NCBI GenBank assembly: GCA_030390025.1
Contig: CM059433.1
Coordinates: 16,618,001 to 16,682,000, forward strand
Reading direction: 5' to 3'
From: Squalus acanthias
Lineage: Eukaryota
DNA length: 64,000 nt
A program made the position numbers and the translations under genes. The notes beneath the pieces were generated by a model, which searched no databases, was not told the DNA's origin, and was given only the letters and a program-made list of their open reading frames with translations. Position 1 is the first letter of the stretch; every line of letters begins with the position of its first letter. Positions 57,471 to 64,000 of this stretch are shown here, piece after piece.

Positions 57471-60400
57471 TTGCCTTTGCAAACTCATTTTCAGCATAAA
57501 CCAAACTATCTCTGCACTGCAGCCTGTCAAAAGAAGAAGTAAAATGAAATGGGGCCGTGGGCCCTTTAAATATACCGGCAACAGAAACATCAGTGCTGAT
57601 GTCACCAGACCCGCACCTTGTAATTGGGTCGGGGAACGCGAAGGGTGGGCTTAACAAGGCCCATTTATGCAAAATCTTTTTTTTCAGCGGGATGAAGACG
57701 GCAGCGGGTTCGTGGCTCGCCAACGACCTCTCCCGCCATGTAGCCACCTAGGTTGGGGAAATCGCGGCCTTTTTGTCAGTATTTACAGTAGAGGAAGAGG
57801 CTAGCATGCCAAAAATCCCAAGGAAACTAATATTGAACCAGGTACAGGGACTCAATAAAATTAACCTAAATAAAATAACAGTAATGAATAAAATAATGGC
57901 ACTAAAGAGTGACAAATCCCCAGGACCAGTTGGTTTCCATCCCAGGGTTTTAAAGGAAACAGGTGAGCACATTGCAGATGCCCGAACTATAATCTTCTAA
58001 AGTTGTCTCGATTCAGGAACCGTTCCTTTAGATTGGAAAATTGCACATGTCACTATGCTTTTTAAGAATGGCAAGAGAGGGAAACCAAGGAATTATAGAC
58101 CAGTTAGCCTAACATCTGTTGTCGGGAAATTGCTAGAGTCTATAATTAAAGATAGGGTGACTGAACACCTCGAAAATTTTTAGTTGATCAGAGAGCCAGC
58201 ATGGATTTGTGAAAGGTAGGTCATGCCTGACCAACCTGATTGAATTTTTTGAAGAAGTGACTAAAGTAGTGGACAGGGGAATGTCTATGGATGTTATTTA
58301 TATGGACTTCCAGAAGGCATTTGATAAAGTCCCACATAAGAGACTGTTATCTAAGGTAGAAGCTCACGGAATTGAGGGCAAATTATTGACCTGGTTAGGA
58401 AATTGGCTGAGCGGCAGGAGACAGAGAGTAGGGACAATGGGCAGGTACTCAAATTGGCAGGATGTGACTAGTGGTGTCCCGCAGGGATCTGTGTTGCGGC
58501 CTCAACTATTCACAGTATTTATTAATGACTTAGATGATGGCATAGAAAGTCATATATCCAAATTTGCCGATGACACAAAGATAGGTGGCATTGTTGGCAG
58601 TGTAGATGAAAGCATAAAATTACAAAGAGATATCGACAGATTAAGTGAATGGGCAAAACTGTGGCAAATGGATTTCAATGTAGGCAAATGTGAGGTCATC
58701 CACTTTTGACCTAAAAAGGATAGAACAGGGTACTTTCTAAATAGTGAAAAGCTAACAACAGTGGAGGTCCAAAGAGACTTGGGGGTCCAGGTACATAGAT
58801 CATTAAAATGTCATGAACAGGTACAGAAAATAATCAGAAAGGCTAATGGAATGCTGGCCTTTATATCTAGAGGACTAGAGTACAAGGGGTAGAAGTTATG
58901 CTGCAGCTGTACAAAACCCTGGTTAGACCACACCTAGAGTACTGTGAGCAGTTCTGGGCACCACACCTTAGGAAGGATATATTGGCCTTGGAGGGAGTAC
59001 AGCGCATGTTTACCAGAATGATACCTGGACTTCAAGGGTTAAGTTATGAGGAGAGATTAAACAAATTAGGGTTATATTCCCTAGAATTTAGAAGGTTAAG
59101 GGGTGATCTGATCGAAGTTTTCAAGATATTAAGGGGAACAGATAGGGTAGATAGAGAGAACCTATTTCCGCTGGTTGGCTATTCTGGGACTAGGGGGCAT
59201 AGCCTAAAAATTAGAGCCAGACCTTTCAGGAGTGAAGTTAGGAAACACTTCTACACACACAGGGTGGTAGAAGTTTGGAACTCTCTTCCGCAAACAGCAA
59301 TTGATGCTAGATCGATTGTTAATTTTAAATTGGAGATTGATAGATTTTTGTTAACTAAAGGTATTAAGGGACATGGGCCAAAGGCGGGAATATGGAGTTA
59401 GATCGCAGATCAGCCAGGATCTCATTGAATGGCGGAACAGGCTCGAGGGGCTCAATGGCCTGCTCCTGTTCCTATGTTCCTAAAGAAGGACCCCGCTGGC
59501 ATCTGGCGGGTGTCCCTCTCGCCTGCTCAGAAGGGTAGGTCAAAATTGGAACCTGCGTGATCGATATGGGTAAGTCCCATGGGCGATTTTAACTGCTTAC
59601 CTGCCCACCTGATTTCCATCGGCCCAAAGCTTTACGGTCAATTGATGTCATGAGTCAGATAGCCTACGTACGTGTCAGACAGCTTGTCCTAGGTCTTGAT
59701 TTCACCCTGTTGTGTCGCAATCTTTAGAGTTGCATGCTTAGAAAACTATTTTAAAAAACACAAGCCGATTTCCTCTATTATTTACAGCAAAATCGACAAT
59801 GCGATCTTTAGAAACACATCAATGACTTCACTATACACAACGCATAGAGGAATGTTTCTTTAACTCGAGAATACTGCAGTACCTCACTGCTGAACCAGGC
59901 ACTGTATTCTTTAAAGTGTTCCCTCCCCCATCTGTAATTATTCTGCTGGTTTCCTCTCCCCTCCCCCTGCACAAATGTGTTTTTTGATAACACCATATCA
60001 TCCTCAGGTAGCGCAATGAAATCCACTTACAAATGATTTTTCTCTGTTTATTCTGTGTGCTTTGTTGAATATTTATATTTAGTTCTATCTATGTGAATTC
60101 TGTGGGCATGCAAGCAAAAATCTTACAAGTGTCTAAGGTTATACTGATGGCCCCTGGAGATCTGCGTGTTGCAACAAGGTGTGTGCTACAGTGAGTGCCC
60201 CATAATACAGCATTAAAATACAACATGACAGAGTCAGGAAATGAGGTTCAGCAGTTTAATAACAAAGGCACTGCTGTAACCAATAGTCACATAATGGGTT
60301 TAGAGTGGACTGCCTCATTTCCAGTTTAATAATATGAAAAAGGGAAAATTAACACACGCCGCATTTATCGATAAACTCATTAAAATAGGCCAATAGCTAA

Positions 60401-60475
60401 CCAGACTTTTAACGAAATGAAAGCAGCGTATTTGGAGACTTTGATTATTCTACTCGCGCAGAGGTGTTGAATATA

Positions 60476-60894
60476 AAGGAAACATTCGTTTATCCGGCAC
60501 CCAAATATCCGGAATTCTCGCTTAACCGGCAAAAATCATCCTCCGAAAACTCCTCTCAAGTAACCGGCAATGTTGCCGAGTCGCAGTCGAGTCTCCGCGA
60601 ACGCCGAGTGCTCCGAAAACTCCTCTCAAATAACCGGCAATGTTGCCGATCCCGAGTCCGAGTCCGCGAACGCCGATTTAGTCAGTAGGGGTACTTTTCA
60701 AAAGTGCCACTACTCGGCCTCCTGGCGCTGTCGGAAGTCCGAAACACTGCAGTAGCAGGAGTTGATTCTTCCTCGCTGCCTGGAGTCTCTTTGTTAAAAA
60801 TAGCCTCGGTAGATATAACTCTCCGTTATCCGGTACTTTCGATAAACCGGCACCACGCCGGTCCCGTCGATGCCGGATAAACGAAAGTTTCCTG
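60476..60894. mobile_element. Tc1/mariner-superfamily (Tigger/pogo-type) MITE
   Basis: TA flanks on both sides; 24-bp TIR AAGGAAACATTCGTTTATCCGGCA / TGCCGGATAAACGAAAGTTTCCTG; subterminal TATCCGG/AACCGG repeats; internal ~70-bp tandem duplication at 60541-60676. Confidence 0.85.
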
Positions 60895-62887
60895 TACCTC
60901 ATTCCGTGCTTGCCCAGTGTACTGGAATGATTAACGTGCATACAGTCCACAGACTGTCTGATTTTTTTTTTCCTGGGCAGTCCTGTTTTGAATGGATAGC
61001 CCGGCAATTTGTAAAATGTAAACCAGCACCATGAGTTTGTTTTTAAAAGAAAAGCCCTATTTTTTTCCAAGTCTTTCTTTCTTTTGCACTTAGCTCGTAT
61101 CTTGTAACGTGAAGCCATGAGGGGAGATTTTCCTGGGTACATGCCCAGATGCACTGGCTCACCTGGGTGCAGCGAATAATTGGAAGATTGGTTGGAACAC
61201 ATGCCTATAAACTGATCTGCCTGATTTTCCTCTATTAACTGGCTGGGTTCCTTTACAGGTATACGCTCCAGCCCATCCAACTTTCTGATATTGGCTGTGT
61301 CAGTGTGCTTGGGTACTGACCCAGGAAAATCTCCGCTATTAGGGATTAACGTTATTCATTAAATTTCATCATCAGCAGGGAGAACCTCAGAAATCAGGTC
61401 ATGGTGTGACTCACGTCCCTCCTGTCTTGCAAAAGGTAGCAACCCGGCATTCCAACATCTGCGTTGTTTACAATACTGAAGAATTTCTAAATCCAGCTGC
61501 ACAAATGGAACAAGGCCGGCAGTGAGGTAACATCATCACCACACTGGAATTTCTTGTTTCTTGGAGACACCTGGTTGACTGATATTGCTGAAGACAGGCT
61601 TTTATATCACAGATAGCAGCAAGGAACTCAAAGCCTGGGGGCTGAATGTTTATTCCAGCTTGGTACAGAATAAGGGCTTTGCTTCACCGAAATCACACCA
61701 GACTAGAGTGGTAGCCATCCTGGATTGATTCTACCAACTCATCTGATAGCGTACACTGATTCTAGCTTCTTATATTTATGATATCGATACAAGTAAAATC
61801 ACCCATAATACAGCAACATCAGTGGCATCTTTCATGCCCCAGTTACGCTGCAGATTTGGCATCCACACCTGGAACTGGTGGAAACAGTATTCAAAGGGGT
61901 GTGGTGCGTGTCCATGCTATGGTTGAGAAGATGGTGGCAACGCACTCTAGTTTTACGAAGAGTTGCGTTCACCTTGCCACTCACGAGGATCGAGTGGCAG
62001 CTGTTGTCTGCCTAGCAAGAACTCTGTTTTCTAATGACCAACTAATGATTGGCTATCCTGCTGAGAGGAGGGAGGAGTGGGGTCTCGTTTGGGTTGAGCT
62101 AGCTCCAAGGTAACACACATGGTGATGGAAGTTCAGGACCAAATCAAGCCTCTGTGGCAGACCCAATAATCTGATACCTGAACCAGACAGACCTGCAAGT
62201 ACTCCAGGACACAGCTAAGGATTGACCAGACAACTGGCTCACTAACGGAACCTGGAAGGTAGATCCGTCGCTGGGGGTTAGGCTTCTTCCCGCTTACTTC
62301 TAGATAATCCTGCAAGCCAATGCCCCAATAGGTAGGGTGGTCCTAGCTGGACAGGAGATGAGAGGTTTAACAGTGTTCTGACTGGTAAGCTGTATAGTTT
62401 CAGCTGGTTAAACTCCAGCAGTATGCCTGAGTACACAGCGGAGGATGGGGCAGGGGTGGGGGGGGGGGCGAGGAGTCTCTAAATCTTGATTTTTTTTCCA
62501 ACCTGGACTGTGGTAAATGGGGCATGTTCCTCAAACAGACATTCTACAGGCGTGTGTAAATTTCTCAGCAGTGTAAATTTCTCAGTAGTTTTGCTTTGGA
62601 GACTTTAAAACATGGTGGCGCATTCCCACTCATGGCAGACACAAGGGGGACCAAAAGTATGTTTTGCATCTGTATAGTGGAGTTTTATGGAGGGTCAGGA
62701 GCAATAACTACTGGTATAGGTTGGTTCTGCAACAGTATTGCTGCACATCAGTGCAGGACTCTTTCGTAAACTTTAAGTTCAAAGTTTAGTATTGAATTGA
62801 TCTGCTGAACTGCCTTTAAACTTTTCATGACAGAAAAGAGCAGACAATTGCAACATCTTTTTTACAACTTTAGAATTTTTGCTGGCA

Positions 62888-63190
62888 GAACAACAGCAGC
62901 ATTTATATAACGCCTTTAACGTAATAAAACATCCCAAAGTGCTCCACAAGAGTGTTATCAGACAAAATTTGACACCGAGCCAGGTTTTAAGGAGCTGAAG
63001 GCATGGTCGGCGATGGTGGAGTGATGAAAATAGTTGGATGTGCAAGAGGCCAGAATTGGAGGAGCGTTGATATCTCGGGGGGGGGGGGGGGGGGGGTGGG
63101 GGGGGGGGGTTGGTTGTAGGGCTGGAGGAAATTACAGAGATAGGGAGGGGCGAGGCCATGGAGGGATTTGAACACAAGGATGAGAATCCG
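62888..63190 (-). mobile_element. L2-clade LINE 3' fragment with internal deletions and a poly-G expansion
   Basis: FKSLHGLAPPYLCNFLQPYN peptide and an L2 tail; homologous to 21042-21420. Confidence 0.8.
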
Positions 63191-64000
63191 GAGGCACGGA
63201 CCTTTGTTAATAGTGAATCTATCCCATCCATTACTGTCCCATACGCTTCCTGGAGGTTGGGGTCTGCCGCAATCTGCTCAATGAACCCACATTTTAAAAG
63301 ATGTCTCCAGTTGGATAGTTGAAGTGCTAATTTGTTGGAAATAATGTACAAAAGTATTACCACAACAGTAATCATTCTACCGACAGTACCGGCTCTTTAA
63401 GTCAATATAAATGACTCAGTACAGGATGTATTGTACCAATTCCCATCTGCAAAGAATATAATGACAAATTTCACCCTCTCACAGCAAACGGTTAAACAGA
63501 GAAGCAATGTAGACAGGTTATAGCTTGCAACACATTAAAAATGAATTTGAGCTGGTGTATGGAGTTACTTATTCCCAAAGGTTACTTCTGTAGAGAGTAT
63601 ATCGAGTCTCAGTGATGACTATTCACTGACATGTGTGGAATTGTACCTGAGAAGGAGGAGGTAGGAATGGCAGCTCAGGAGATAAGGAGTAACTAAAAAT
63701 TGAACAGCAAGAATTCTTTGAAAGAGGCACTTCTCAAATATTTCTGACATGAATCAGGTTTCCTCTTGGCAGCATCCAAGATAGTTCCAGAATGTCCATC
63801 TGGTGAGAGATTATTTATTGGAGGGATTAAAGTATTTGGTCTTCCAAAACAAAAGCACTGAAAAGTCTACAGCAGATGTTATCTACCACAAGCCTGGTTT
63901 GAGTAGCTATAATATTACTCACCTTCTCATGAGACAATGCTCTTTTAATCACTAGAACAGCTAAAACACAAGTCCTTCTTAAATTAAAGTTCTTGGTGAA

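Larger units (their letters stand above)
54777..57769 (+). mobile_element. PIF/Harbinger transposon H2 with a central deletion
   Basis: Interrupts CR1 at NNYF|SVFT; imperfect TIRs GGGGGCAATATTTC / GAAATCGCGGCC; probable TSD TTT. Confidence 0.85.
48960..59482 (+). mobile_element. CR1 LINE with ORF1 (SGNH/GDSL esterase-like) remnant and ORF2, split into 48960-50411, 54506-54776 and 57770-59482 by two Harbinger insertions
   Basis: ORF1 VILVHVGTNN...IISGLL. ORF2 motifs TETWL, VLMGDFN, KQPWTTKEVRDSI|...|AKNSTDP...MLNNYF|...|SVFTVEEE, KAFDKVPH, KFADDTK, RPHLEYC. Tail CCTGTTCCTATGTTCCTA. Confidence 0.95.

Noticed and set aside
60541..60676. CRISPR-like or regularly spaced repeat
   Set aside because: Only two adjacent units inside a TA-flanked MITE in a vertebrate genome; no spacers.
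60678..61280. 200-aa minus-strand ORF
   Set aside because: Spans a MITE boundary and has no domain similarity or codon bias.
63076..63109. Long poly-G/C runs (also ~13500, 20885, 26510, 35690, 62455) as functional G4 elements
   Set aside because: Homopolymer expansions, mostly within repeats, with lengths unreliable in assemblies.

Overview
Repeat-rich vertebrate nuclear DNA, not prokaryotic. The SINE/LINE repertoire (Deu-domain tRNA SINEs, CR1, L2 and Penelope ends) points to a cartilaginous fish (shark); this is an inference. There is one clear host gene: an intronless-CDS FAM110-family gene, best matching FAM110C, at 19397-20533 (+) in a CpG island. A candidate spliced gene for a signal-peptide protein lies on the minus strand at the left edge (exons ~4045-4215, 1323-1502, perhaps 1063-1101). 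The rest is mostly transposable elements. There are three two-gene PIF/Harbinger transposons from different families, each with a + strand HARBI1-like DDE transposase converging on a 3-exon Myb/SANT partner gene; two of them are nested inside one CR1 LINE. Also present are a second long CR1, many CR1/L2/SINE fragments, a Tigger/pogo-type MITE, Penelope-type ends carrying minimal hammerhead ribozymes, and many Harbinger-type MITEs. The most unusual signal is in these MITEs: they carry promoter-like motifs, clusters of near-perfect AG|GTAAGT splice donors and arrays of hairpins, one of which shows covariation between copies. All family assignments come from motif recognition by eye, and no database search was run.
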